DNA from: Candidatus Omnitrophota bacterium
Lineage (GTDB): Bacteria > Omnitrophota > Gorgyraeia > B26-G9
DNA: 64,000 nucleotides
NCBI GenBank assembly: GCA_043814605.1
Contig: JBDRJV010000028.1
Span: 92,350-156,349, forward strand
Direction of reading: 5' to 3'
The notes below the pieces were generated by a model. That model searched no databases, was not told the origin of the DNA, and saw only the letters and a program-made list of their open reading frames with translations. Positions 37,466-46,885 of the stretch are shown piece by piece. Every line of letters starts with the position of its first letter. The stretch's first letter is position 1. Position numbers and translations under genes: made by a program.

Positions 37466-40087
37466 ATGACAAAGTTTACAAAAAATAACAAAAAGTTATC
37501 AGAACAAGATAAAGAAACTGCCGTGATTTTAGACGAAAATATTAAACGTATAAAAAAAGGGCACGAAAGGACTTTAGATGCCCTGCAGGAAGGCTTTGAG
37601 CTTTATCAAACTTTATTTGAAATATCCCCGGAAGCAATAAATCTCATTGATTTAAAATTTAATATTATTATGGGCAATCAGCAGTCTGCGTATTTACACG
37701 GGGTAGAGAATATTGATGAGTTAATCGGGAAAAGTGTTTTTGATGTGGTTTTACCGCGGGATAAGAAACAGGTAAGGACTATTTTAGAATTAATTATAAA
37801 AAGTGGCAAGCCTCAAACTCAAGAACGCTGTCTTGTCAGAAGTGACGGATCAGTTTTTATGGCTGACATTACTGTCTCTGTGATTAAGAATGTAAAAGGC
37901 GACCCGGTAGCTCTAATTTCTGTTGTCCGGGATGTAACCGAACGCAAAAATATCGAACAAGCATTAATGGAAAGCGAATTGCGCTACCGGACTCTTACCG
38001 AAGCATCAATTGCCGGAATCTATATTATTCAAGATGATAAATTTATTTATGTGAATCCTGCGCTTTGCGAAATGTTCGGCTATTCCCAGGAAGAGGTTAT
38101 CAATAAATATAGTTATAATGTGCTGACACATCCGCAGGACCGGATTCAAGTCACCCGTCAACTAAAAAAACGTTTTCAAAATAAAGCGGATGAAGTGCGG
38201 ACAATATTTAGAGGGCTAAGAAAAGACGGCAGCGTAATCTATTGCCAATCTCTGGGACGGGTAATCGAACTAAATGGTAAACCAGCCATTATCGGAACTT
38301 TGATTGATATTACTGAACGTAAAAAAATGGAAGAAAAACTTGCGTATAAATACGAATTAAATAATATTATTACCTATTTATCCACAAAATTTATAAATTT
38401 AAACCCGCAAGATGTTGAAGCGGGGATAGACGATGCTTTAAAGATTATCGGAGAATTTGCGCAAGTTGACCGCAGTTATGTATTTTTATTTTCCAATGAT
38501 CATACAAAAGTAGATAATACAAATGAATGGTGTGCAATTGGGATTAATTCTCAAATTAAAAAATTAAAAAAAATACCGGTAGAAAAGTTCCCTTGGATTT
38601 TTAAAAAGATTAAAAAAGGCGAAACTGTATGTGTTCCACGATTAGAAGATTTACCCGCTGGGGCTAAAGCAGAAAAATACGAATGGAAAAAAGAAAATAT
38701 CCGATCATTAATTAATGTTCCGATGATTTATCTGGGGCAGGTAATTGGGTTTGTCGGCTTTGATGCGGTAAAAGAAGAAAGGGAATGGGATGAAGATATC
38801 CAGATATTACTTGGGATCGTGGGAAATCTTTTTGCCACTATTATTGAAAGAAGGCAAATGGAACGAGATATCAAAAGTTTAAATAAAGAACTTTTAAAAA
38901 CAAATATGCATTTAAAGCAATTAGCACTGAAAGATTCTTTAACTAATTTATACAATCACCGTTATTTTGCAGAAGCAATAGAGGCAGAGTTTATCCGGGC
39001 CAAAAGGTATGCCTTGCCGCTTTCGGTAATCATGGTTGATATTGATTATTTTAAATCGATCAATGATGTTTACGGCCATCAGTTTGGCGATTTAGTTTTA
39101 AAGCAGCTTGCCGGCCAGCTGACAAATATGGTGCGTAAATATGATACAGTTATTCGTTATGGCGGCGAAGAATTTGTGATTATTACCCCCGGCGCAAATA
39201 AAGAAATTGCCATGATTTTAGCGCAAAGATTACTGGATCTGCTAAAGCTTAATAAATTTGGCAATGAACAACATGGAGTAAAATTAAAATTGAGCGTAGC
39301 TGTCGTTTGCTTCCCGGAAGATAAAATCCATCAAGGAAGTAATTTTATTGAAATTGCCGAGTACGTTTTAAATAAAGTAAAAGAAACCGGAGGCGATAAA
39401 ATTTATTCATATTCAGACCTTAAAAAACGCAAGGAAATTAGTATGCTCGATGCCGAAGTGACGACAGATGTTAATGTACTTAAAGATCAATTAGATAAAT
39501 TAACAAAAAGAGCTAACCAAAGTTTAGTGGAAGCAATTTTTGCTTTTGCTAAAACAATAGAAATAAAGGATCATTGTACAGGAGAACATGTGGAGAAAAC
39601 TGTACATTACGCGACAGAAATCGCAATGTCTTTTGATTTATCGGAAGATGAAATCGAACGTATTAGACAGGCGGCGATATTGCATGATTTAGGGAAAATT
39701 GGCATTAGTGAAAAAATCCTCCGTAAAAAAACAAAACTTACAAAAAAAGAATATGAAGAAATTAAGACCCATCCTCAAGTTGGAGCGGATATTCTAAGGC
39801 CGATCCATTTCTTCCATTCGATTATTCCTTTTATTCTCCACCATCATGAACATTGGGACGGGAAAGGGTATCCTTTTGGCTTAAAGGGGGAAGAAATTCC
39901 TTTAGGTGCACGGATTATTGCTGTTGCGGATACGTTTGAAGCCATAACCTCTGACCGGTATTACCGCAAGGCGGCTTCTGTCCAAACAGCAATAAAAATA
40001 ATTAAAGAAGTCTCCGGCACACAATTTGACCCTAAAATAGTAGAGGTGTTTTTGCAGGTAATACAAAAAGAACAAAAAAGGTTTTAA
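37466..40087 (+). CDS. PAS-PAS-GAF-GGDEF-HD-GYP sensor protein (diguanylate cyclase / c-di-GMP phosphodiesterase)
   Basis: RYGGEEF (GGEEF) active site; HD..HHHEHWDGKGYP (HD-GYP); two PAS blocks (VVRDVTERK, LIDITERKK). Confidence 0.85.
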   Translation: MTKFTKNNKKLSEQDKETAVILDENIKRIKKGHERTLDALQEGFELYQTLFEISPEAINLIDLKFNIIMGNQQSAYLHGVENIDELIGKSVFDVVLPRDKKQVRTILELIIKSGKPQTQERCLVRSDGSVFMADITVSVIKNVKGDPVALISVVRDVTERKNIEQALMESELRYRTLTEASIAGIYIIQDDKFIYVNPALCEMFGYSQEEVINKYSYNVLTHPQDRIQVTRQLKKRFQNKADEVRTIFRGLRKDGSVIYCQSLGRVIELNGKPAIIGTLIDITERKKMEEKLAYKYELNNIITYLSTKFINLNPQDVEAGIDDALKIIGEFAQVDRSYVFLFSNDHTKVDNTNEWCAIGINSQIKKLKKIPVEKFPWIFKKIKKGETVCVPRLEDLPAGAKAEKYEWKKENIRSLINVPMIYLGQVIGFVGFDAVKEEREWDEDIQILLGIVGNLFATIIERRQMERDIKSLNKELLKTNMHLKQLALKDSLTNLYNHRYFAEAIEAEFIRAKRYALPLSVIMVDIDYFKSINDVYGHQFGDLVLKQLAGQLTNMVRKYDTVIRYGGEEFVIITPGANKEIAMILAQRLLDLLKLNKFGNEQHGVKLKLSVAVVCFPEDKIHQGSNFIEIAEYVLNKVKETGGDKIYSYSDLKKRKEISMLDAEVTTDVNVLKDQLDKLTKRANQSLVEAIFAFAKTIEIKDHCTGEHVEKTVHYATEIAMSFDLSEDEIERIRQAAILHDLGKIGISEKILRKKTKLTKKEYEEIKTHPQVGADILRPIHFFHSIIPFILHHHEHWDGKGYPFGLKGEEIPLGARIIAVADTFEAITSDRYYRKAASVQTAIKIIKEVSGTQFDPKIVEVFLQVIQKEQKRF

Positions 40088-40141
40088 TTGTGTGTTTGGT
40101 TAATATCCGTAAAGAAAAAAATTAAAAATAAGGTACAAAAA

Positions 40142-40864
40142 ATGGGAGAAGTAGAACTAAATATTAAACTTTTAGAAGTTTCACAAAATGCTGTTTCAGT
40201 GATTTATGCAGCTTGCCGGCAGTGTTACTCTGCTAACTTTGCCGGGGATGTTTTTAGCCAAGTACAGGATTCAAAAGAAAAAAGAGAAGAGTTTATTCGC
40301 AAGATTATTGCTTCAGGACATGAAAGCCCGCTTGAACATGTAAAATTTACTTTTGCAATTGAAGGGGTTTCCCGGGCTCTAACCCATCAACTGGTTAGGC
40401 ACCGTATTGCAAGTTATTCACAGCAAAGCCAGCGCTATGTAAAAGAAACAGATTTTGACTATATTGTGCCGCCTGCAATTAATTCGGAAAAGGAATTAAA
40501 GAATGAATTTTTAAAAATAATGGGAAATATCCAGCAAAGTTATAATAAAATACTGGAAATTTTTAAAACAAAAAATACAACCGGAGAAAAAGCTAATCAA
40601 GATGCCCGGTTTGTTTTGCCGCAAGCTGCTGAAACGAAGATTGTGGTTACGATGAATGCGCGGGAATTGCGGCATTTTTTTAAATACCGCTGTTGTGCAC
40701 GGGCACAATGGGAAATCAGGAATTTGGCCGAAAATATGCTGAAGATCACTAAAGCCCAGCTGCCTTGTATTTTTGAAAATGCCGGGGCAAAATGTGTGGA
40801 GCTTGAATATTGCCCTGAGGGTGAAAAATTCTGCTGCGGCCGCTATCCGCCAAAAAAATCCTAA
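40142..40864 (+). CDS. thyX: Flavin-dependent thymidylate synthase ThyX
   Basis: RHRIASYSQQSQRY ThyX motif. Confidence 0.85.
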   Translation: MGEVELNIKLLEVSQNAVSVIYAACRQCYSANFAGDVFSQVQDSKEKREEFIRKIIASGHESPLEHVKFTFAIEGVSRALTHQLVRHRIASYSQQSQRYVKETDFDYIVPPAINSEKELKNEFLKIMGNIQQSYNKILEIFKTKNTTGEKANQDARFVLPQAAETKIVVTMNARELRHFFKYRCCARAQWEIRNLAENMLKITKAQLPCIFENAGAKCVELEYCPEGEKFCCGRYPPKKS

Positions 40865-40963
40865 ACTCTAAAATCTTCTTCCTAAACCTTAAGTAAAAGT
40901 TATTTTATCTTACAGTAGCTGATATTTTTTTCGTTCAATTTAAATTTATTTTTCACAAACACT

Positions 40964-41168
40964 GTCTCGTATTTATTCACACCGGAACACTTGTTAGGCC
41001 CCGGCGAGGCCTAACTTCGTTCGGCGATTTGTGTTCGCTCTTGAGGCTTTATTTATCTTTTAGCCTCAACCCATGCCCGCTCACACTGCTCAACGTCCGG
41101 CTTTGAATAAATACTCGCCAGTAGTATCAACTTTAAAGAATAAAGCTTGTAACTGTCAGCTTTTTTTA
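40964..41168 (+). ncRNA. Structured RNA element B copy 2, ending in a clear intrinsic terminator (aaagct-tgtaactgtc-agcttt + T7 at 41141-41168)
   Basis: See copy 1. Lies 100 nt after the thyX stop. Followed by the micro-repeat gctaatcgctaaacg (41199-41213, rc of the 28518 motif). Confidence 0.55.
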
Positions 41169-41225
41169 AGGATGATGTATTTTCTCTATTCGCTGACCGC
41201 TAATCGCTAAACGTTATTTTATTAA

Positions 41226-41253
41226 TTGACAAACCAAGAGCAGTTGATATAAT
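41226..41253 (+). promoter_or_regulatory. Promoter of the cobalamin-riboswitch operon (TTGACA-N16-TATAAT)
   Basis: ttgaca 41226-31, tataat 41248-53. Confidence 0.6.
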
Positions 41254-41257
41254 ACAA

Positions 41258-41500
41258 AACAAATACAGGTGCTCTTAGGAAGAGCTTAAAAAGGGAAGTA
41301 TGGTTTAAAGCCATCACGGTCCCGCCGCTGTAACTGAGGACGAAACTTATAAAGCCACTTTCTTAGCATTTAAGATGGGAAGGTATAGGGAGTAGGATGA
41401 TTCAGAAGTCAGAAGACCTGCCTGTTATTAATAAGTGTATAGCAGAAATGGATTTTCGCTATCCTCGCGGAAGGATGAATTAAAATCAGGGTGCAATCCT
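41258..41500 (+). promoter_or_regulatory. Cobalamin (AdoCbl) riboswitch
   Basis: aaaaAGGGAAgtatGGTttaaagCCatCACGGTCCCGCCgCTGTaa core (B12-box-like), plus downstream aaGCCACTTtcttagcatttaagatGGGAAGGTa and aGTCAGAAGACCTGCC segments matching the Rfam cobalamin consensus. Confidence 0.8.
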
Positions 41501-41535
41501 TTAGGTCATTTACAGGACTTGGAGGATTTTTTTTT

Positions 41536-42474
41536 ATGCAAACTTATGTAAGTATCGCTCGGGAAGTTAAAAGCAAAATAATTCAATCCATAAAAAATAA
41601 TAAAGCCCAAGGGATTCTTTTTTCCGGCGGTCTAGATACAGGGATTATTGTCGCAATATTTCCTAAGTTACCGTGTATAAATATCCAGCTAGAAAATTTC
41701 AGCACAGACTTGACGTATGCCCAAGAATTAGGAAAAATTTTTGATCTAAAAATTTACTTCCTAACAATCAATGCACAAGAAGTTATTGATGCAATTCCTG
41801 AGGTTATCAGAATCCTTAAGAGTTTTGACCCGGCGCTTCCGAATGATTTAGCCGTATATTTTGGGCTAAAATTTGCTAAAGAAAAAGGCATTAATTCTTT
41901 ACTTACTGGCGACGGGGCAGATGAACTATTTGCCGGCTACGATTATATGCGTCAAACTCCTGGCCTAGCAGAATATATCCGATATATTTCCCGGCGGATG
42001 CTGTTTAGCTCAAATAAATTAGGAGAATATTTAGGGGTTGGTATCAAACAGCCGTTTATCAGTAAAAGTATTGTTGATTTAGCGGTCAATGAATTATCTT
42101 GTGATTTGAAGATTGCCAAGTATGATGAAAAAATATTCGGCAAATGGATACTGCGTAAAGCGTTTGAAGATATCCTTAGCCCAAATATTGCTTGGCAAAC
42201 GAAAAGGCCTTTAGAAATTGGATCAGGCATGACTCAAATCAGAAAAATTATCGCTGATAAAATTTCAGATAATGAATTTGCTAAAAAGAAAAAAGAATAT
42301 GGAATAGATTTTTACACAAAGGATCATTTTTATTATTATGAAATTTATAAACAGGTAATCGGAGATATCCCGATACCTTTAGCGGATCAAGAAATATGCC
42401 CAAGCTGCGGTGCGGGATTTTTTATCGGGTCATTACATTGTTATACCTGCGGCTGGGTAAAAAAATGGGAATAA
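41536..42474 (+). CDS. Asparagine-synthetase-like PP-loop ATP pyrophosphatase (amidating domain only, no Ntn glutaminase) with C-terminal zinc ribbon
   Basis: SGGLDTG PP-loop; AsnB C-domain-like length; CPSCG..CYTCGW zinc ribbon; first gene after the B12 riboswitch (RBS ggagga). Confidence 0.6.
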   Translation: MQTYVSIAREVKSKIIQSIKNNKAQGILFSGGLDTGIIVAIFPKLPCINIQLENFSTDLTYAQELGKIFDLKIYFLTINAQEVIDAIPEVIRILKSFDPALPNDLAVYFGLKFAKEKGINSLLTGDGADELFAGYDYMRQTPGLAEYIRYISRRMLFSSNKLGEYLGVGIKQPFISKSIVDLAVNELSCDLKIAKYDEKIFGKWILRKAFEDILSPNIAWQTKRPLEIGSGMTQIRKIIADKISDNEFAKKKKEYGIDFYTKDHFYYYEIYKQVIGDIPIPLADQEICPSCGAGFFIGSLHCYTCGWVKKWE

Positions 42475-43145
42475 AAGGGAAGGCAGAAAACAGAATGAAA
42501 TCATTTGTTTCTTGGAGCAGCGGTAAAGAAAGCGCATTAGCTCTTTACCGAATGCAAAAAAAAACACAGGTTTCTTGTCTTTTGAATATGGTCTCCGAAG
42601 ATAAAAAAAGAGCCCGGTCTCATGGGATTGAAGTTGAGTTAATCAAAACCCAATCAGAAGCTCTGGGCTTACCGCTTATTTTAAAAACAAGTACTTGGGC
42701 AAATTATGAAGCGGTTTTTAAGAAAACGCTTATTGAATTAAAGTCAAAAGGTATTAATTCTGGGATTTTTGGGGATATTGATATGCCTGCGTATAAAAAT
42801 TGGGTAAAAAAAGTTTGCGCCTATGCCGGGATAAAGGCTTATTTACCCCTGTGGCAGGAACCAAGAAAAGTTTTAATGGATGAATTTATCCGGTTGGGAT
42901 TTAAGGCGATAGTTATTTGTGTAAAAACAGAATATTTAAATAAAAATTGGCTGGGACGCGTAATTGATAAAGAATTTATTAAAAAACTAAAAACATTAAG
43001 GAACGTAGATCTGTGCGGCGAAAATGGCGAATATCATACTTTTGTCTATGATGGACCGATTTTTAAAAAACCCGTAGAGTTTGTAAAGAATAAAATCATC
43101 AATAAAAAAGAACATTTATTCCTGGAATTAAACAAAAAAAATTAA
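42465..43145 (+). CDS. DUF71/Dph6-like PP-loop ATPase (diphthine-ammonia-ligase family, MJ0570-like)
   Basis: VSWSSGKES PP-loop characteristic of the ATP_bind_4/DUF71 family; start uncertain (42465 or 42495). Confidence 0.55.
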   Translation: MGIKGKAENRMKSFVSWSSGKESALALYRMQKKTQVSCLLNMVSEDKKRARSHGIEVELIKTQSEALGLPLILKTSTWANYEAVFKKTLIELKSKGINSGIFGDIDMPAYKNWVKKVCAYAGIKAYLPLWQEPRKVLMDEFIRLGFKAIVICVKTEYLNKNWLGRVIDKEFIKKLKTLRNVDLCGENGEYHTFVYDGPIFKKPVEFVKNKIINKKEHLFLELNKKN

Positions 43146-43150
43146 AGATC

Positions 43151-43993
43151 ATGCATTTATCAAAAATATTGTTATTTATTTTTATAGTATTCTCAGGCAG
43201 TTTAGTTTTTGCTCAGAATGATTTTAAAAGAATAGTTTCTTTAGCCCCTTCTTTAACCGAGGAACTTTGTCAATTAGGAGCTGCGGATAAAATTATCGGG
43301 ATAACGACTTATTGTACAAGGCCTGAATATATTCAGGAAAAAGAAAAAGTAGCCAGTATCATTGAAGTTAATTTAGAAAAACTTATTACGCTTAAGCCGG
43401 ATGTTGTTTTAACGATTCCGCTGACAGACCAAAAAGCAAAACAGGCCATTAAGAATTTAGGCATAGAACTGGTAGAATTTCCCCGGGCAAAAAATTTTCC
43501 AGATATTTGCAGCCAAATGCTAAAATTAGGGAGCATTATCCAGCAGGAAGACAAAGCTAAAAAGCTTGTGCAGAGAGCACAAGAAAAATTTAATCAGGTT
43601 AAAACAAAAGTAAAGCTAGATAACCAGCCTAAAGTTTTTATTCAAATCGGCTTCAAGCCTCTGGCTACAGCCAATAAAGAGTATTTTATCGATGATTTGA
43701 TAACTCAAGCCGGAGGGATTAATATTGCCTCAGAATCTCCGGGGGTATTGTATTCGCGGGAGAAAGTTATTGAGCTTAACCCGGATATTATCATCATTGC
43801 TAATATGGGCATAACCGGAGAAAAAGAAGAAGAGCATTGGAGTAAATACAAATCTTTAAGTGCTGTGAAAAAAAATAAAATTTATACAGTTGACTCATAT
43901 AAATATTGCTGCCCAACTTTAGATAATTTTGTGAATGCATATGAAGAAATTGTTTCGTTTTTTAATGAAGGGGAAATAAACAGTGAAGAATAA
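43151..43993 (+). CDS. btuF: ABC transporter periplasmic substrate-binding protein, BtuF/FhuD-like (class III SBP)
   Basis: Signal peptide; RIVSLAPSLTEELCQLGAADKIIGIT typical of BtuF/PF01497; B12 riboswitch context. Confidence 0.75.
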   Translation: MHLSKILLFIFIVFSGSLVFAQNDFKRIVSLAPSLTEELCQLGAADKIIGITTYCTRPEYIQEKEKVASIIEVNLEKLITLKPDVVLTIPLTDQKAKQAIKNLGIELVEFPRAKNFPDICSQMLKLGSIIQQEDKAKKLVQRAQEKFNQVKTKVKLDNQPKVFIQIGFKPLATANKEYFIDDLITQAGGINIASESPGVLYSREKVIELNPDIIIIANMGITGEKEEEHWSKYKSLSAVKKNKIYTVDSYKYCCPTLDNFVNAYEEIVSFFNEGEINSEE

Positions 43994-44990
43994 AATTATT
44001 AAATTAATTACCTGGATTATTTTGCTTTTCCTGGTTCTTTTGGCTATCAGCATAATCGCCATATCTACAGGCACATCAAAAATCCCCTTTAAAATTGTAA
44101 CAGCATGTTTGTTTTTACAAGGGAAAAATTGTTCTATCACAGATGCGGATATTATTTTAAAGATTCGCATGCCTAGAATTTTATTAGGGTTTGCCGTGGG
44201 AAGCGCTTTAAGTTTGTGCGGAGTAATTTTGCAAGGCATGTTTCGTAACCCGCTGGTTGAGCCTTATACTCTGGGAATTTCCGGCGGCGCAGCTTTAGGG
44301 GTGTGTTTGTGTATTGCTTTAGGACTGAATAAGAATATTGGAATAATTGCCATTCCTTATGCCGGATTAATTGGTGCTGGATGCGTAATTTTTATAATTT
44401 ATTTGTTAAATGTTTCTCGCGGTAGGCTTAAAATCCACGGGCTTTTACTCTCAGGGGTAATGGTCAGTTTTATTTGTGCATCTTTATTTATGCTGATTAT
44501 GGCGATTGTAGGGGCTGAGGATTTACAAGGTATAATTTTTTGGACAATGGGAACTTTGGAACAGCCGGTTGCTTATTTAATAAAAGTAATGATGGTTGTT
44601 TCTGTTGGCGGCTTGATTATTGCCTCTTTTTTTTCAAAAGAGTTAAATGCTTTTTCTTTAGGAGCTGAGCAGGCATTGCATTTAGGGGTTAATACTGAAA
44701 GAATAATGATGATACTTTTTTTTACTACATCTATATTGACAGGAGTCAGCGTTTCTGTTGCCGGGATAATCGGTTTTGTGGGATTAGTTATCCCTCATTT
44801 TATGCGGCATTTAGTCGGAACAGACCACCGCTTGCTGCTAATTACCAGTTATCTTAGTGGGGGCATTTTTCTGATTATCTGCGATACTATTGCCCGTACA
44901 ATAATTAGCCCTCTGGAATTACCAGTAGGCGTGATTACGGGAATTATTGGCGGAGCAGCATTTATAATTGCTTTACTCAAGAAAGAATAA
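43983..44990 (+). CDS. btuC: FecCD-family ABC permease (BtuC-like)
   Basis: Polytopic; FecCD signature region; overlaps neighbours by a few nt (operon). Confidence 0.8.
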   Translation: MKNKIIKLITWIILLFLVLLAISIIAISTGTSKIPFKIVTACLFLQGKNCSITDADIILKIRMPRILLGFAVGSALSLCGVILQGMFRNPLVEPYTLGISGGAALGVCLCIALGLNKNIGIIAIPYAGLIGAGCVIFIIYLLNVSRGRLKIHGLLLSGVMVSFICASLFMLIMAIVGAEDLQGIIFWTMGTLEQPVAYLIKVMMVVSVGGLIIASFFSKELNAFSLGAEQALHLGVNTERIMMILFFTTSILTGVSVSVAGIIGFVGLVIPHFMRHLVGTDHRLLLITSYLSGGIFLIICDTIARTIISPLELPVGVITGIIGGAAFIIALLKKE

Positions 44991-44998
44991 ATAAAAAT

Positions 44999-45808
44999 AT
45001 GCTTAAAATTAAAGATATTAGCTGCGGATATAAAAACCAATTTTTGCTTGAAAATATATCGTTTTCTTTAACCGCTGAAGGAAATTTTACGGGCACAGGG
45101 ATTACCGGAATTGTCGGGCCTAACGGTTCCGGCAAAACAACGTTGCTGCGGGCAATAACAAAAGTATTGCCTTTATTAAAAGGAGAAATTTTTTGGCAAG
45201 AGAAAAATATCCGGGATATGGATTTTAAGGAATTAGCGCAAAGTATTACTGTTGTTTCTCAAGATAGGGAAATTCCAGCGGATATTAGCGTGGAAGAATT
45301 TGTTTGTTTAGGCAGGATTCCGCATCAAAGCAAATTTCAGTTTTTTGAATCACCACATGATCAGAAAATAGTTAATTCCTGCCTGGAGCTTACCGGAACT
45401 AGGGCATTTAAAAAACGCTTAATCAAAACTTTAAGCGGCGGCGAACGCCAAATGGTAGTTATGGCCCGCGCTTTGGCACAGGAACCGAAAATGCTTTTGT
45501 TGGATGAGCCTACGGTATTTTTAGATATTTCACATCAAGTGGCAATGTTAAATCTTATCCGCCGGCTGCATCATGAAAAAAAAATCAATGTATTAATTGT
45601 TTTGCACGAATTGAATTTAGCCAGTGAATATTGCGACCGAATTATTTTGCTTAATAAAGGGCAGATTGAAAACATCGGAACACCTGAGCAGGTTTTTACT
45701 AAAGAAATCATTGAACGGGTTTATAAAACCCCGGTTTTTGTAAAAAAACACCCTTTATCTGGCCGGCCGTATTTAGTGATTGTATCCGAGGATAATAATG
45801 AAAATTAA
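44999..45808 (+). CDS. btuD: ABC transporter ATP-binding protein (BtuD/FepC-like)
   Basis: GPNGSGKTTLLRAI Walker A, LSGGERQ signature, LLLDEPT Walker B. Confidence 0.85.
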   Translation: MLKIKDISCGYKNQFLLENISFSLTAEGNFTGTGITGIVGPNGSGKTTLLRAITKVLPLLKGEIFWQEKNIRDMDFKELAQSITVVSQDREIPADISVEEFVCLGRIPHQSKFQFFESPHDQKIVNSCLELTGTRAFKKRLIKTLSGGERQMVVMARALAQEPKMLLLDEPTVFLDISHQVAMLNLIRRLHHEKKINVLIVLHELNLASEYCDRIILLNKGQIENIGTPEQVFTKEIIERVYKTPVFVKKHPLSGRPYLVIVSEDNNEN

Positions 45809-45842
45809 AAAATATAGTTTTTCCCAAGGGGAGAATAAAATT

Positions 45843-46373
45843 ATGAGAAAAACAGGGTTGATCCAAATTTATACAGGCGAAGGCAAAGGCAAAACAACCG
45901 CAGCTATGGGCTTAGCTTTAAGAGCTTATGCCCAAGGATTATGTGTTATGTATATCAGTTTTCATAAGGATCCTAAGTTTTATTATGGCGGAGAACAAAA
46001 AATTCTAAAAAAATTAGGTATTTTTGTAAAATGTTTTGCGAAATCACATCCTTTTTGTTCTGTGAAAAATAAGACAAAGGCTTCAAGATACGAATGTTTA
46101 AAGGCTATTCAATATATAAGAAAAATATTTAAAAAAAATAAAGTAAATTTATTGATTTTAGATGAACTTAATATTACAGTACGCGACGGATTTTTAAAAG
46201 AAGATGAAGTTTTGCATTTATTAAATGAAAAACCAGAGGGATTAGAACTTGTGTTAACCGGACGAGGTGCAACTAAAAAGATGATTAGGCAAGCAGATTT
46301 GGTTAGTCATATCAAGGAAATTAAACACCCTTTTAAAAAGGGGATCAAAGCGCGCCGGGGAATAGAGTTTTAA
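45843..46373 (+). CDS. cobO: Cob(I)yrinic acid a,c-diamide/cob(I)alamin adenosyltransferase (CobO/BtuR family)
   Basis: GLIQIYTGEGKGKTTAAMGLALRA P-loop typical of CobA/CobO; start at the internal Met of the track ORF. Confidence 0.8.
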   Translation: MRKTGLIQIYTGEGKGKTTAAMGLALRAYAQGLCVMYISFHKDPKFYYGGEQKILKKLGIFVKCFAKSHPFCSVKNKTKASRYECLKAIQYIRKIFKKNKVNLLILDELNITVRDGFLKEDEVLHLLNEKPEGLELVLTGRGATKKMIRQADLVSHIKEIKHPFKKGIKARRGIEF

Positions 46374-46425
46374 AAAAATATTAGCTACAGGTGTTAGGTT
46401 ACAAGTTTCAGGCCAAAACATTTTT

Positions 46426-46530
46426 ATACATCTGCGGCCTAAAACCGCGCCCATTTATGGCGCGGATAAAAGGAAGCTGCTTGAATATTCCACCCCAGGA
46501 ACCACGGGCTTTAGCTTGTGGGGGTTCCAT
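46426..46530 (+). ncRNA. Structured RNA element C copy 1 (~105 nt)
   Basis: ~92% identical to 49503-49607. Stem acggg/cccgt in copy 2 becomes acggg/cttgt in copy 1, so the transitions convert G-C to G·U pairs on the + strand only; conserved hairpin ccgcgcc-atttat-ggcgcgg. Confidence 0.55.
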
Positions 46531-46746
46531 TTATGACTTGCAGCTTGATTCCGGATACTTGTAACTTGAAAGGTGGTGATCAAAGATTAGAAAATGTGAT
46601 TTTTTGCTAGGGGTTTTTATTCAATAAGTGAAAAAACAACGTTAAGAGAGAAGGAAATAACCAGATAAACAAAGGAACTCCCGTAACCTAATTGTATATA
46701 AAACTACAATTAAGAATTCGGGGACTGCCCCGCAACGGTAATATTT

Positions 46747-46810
46747 GGAAGTAGCAAGTAGAGAGTAGCAAGTAGAGAGAATCCAAAAAAATCTCGCTAC
46801 TCGGATCTCG
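46747..46810 (+). repeat. Heptamer-based repeat element F (agtagcaagtagagagtagcaagtagagag ... tctcgctactcgg ... cttgctact), imperfect palindrome upstream of the TonB-dependent receptor gene
   Basis: Shares the agtagagagtagc and aaaaaatctcgctact motifs with 32215-32260, with element D (as reverse complement) and with 63716-63750 (agagtagagag x4). Confidence 0.6.
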
Positions 46811-46885
46811 TTGCTTGCTACTTTTAAAAAAGTCCGGTCGATTGATTATCTGGTAAAAACTCTCGCGGGAGGAGATAGAAAGAGT

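Noticed and set aside
46374-46885. Second cobalamin riboswitch upstream of the TonB-dependent receptor
   Set aside because: No B12-box (GCCACTG) or AGGGAA/GGTG core is present. The region instead contains element C and heptamer repeats, so receptor specificity is left open.
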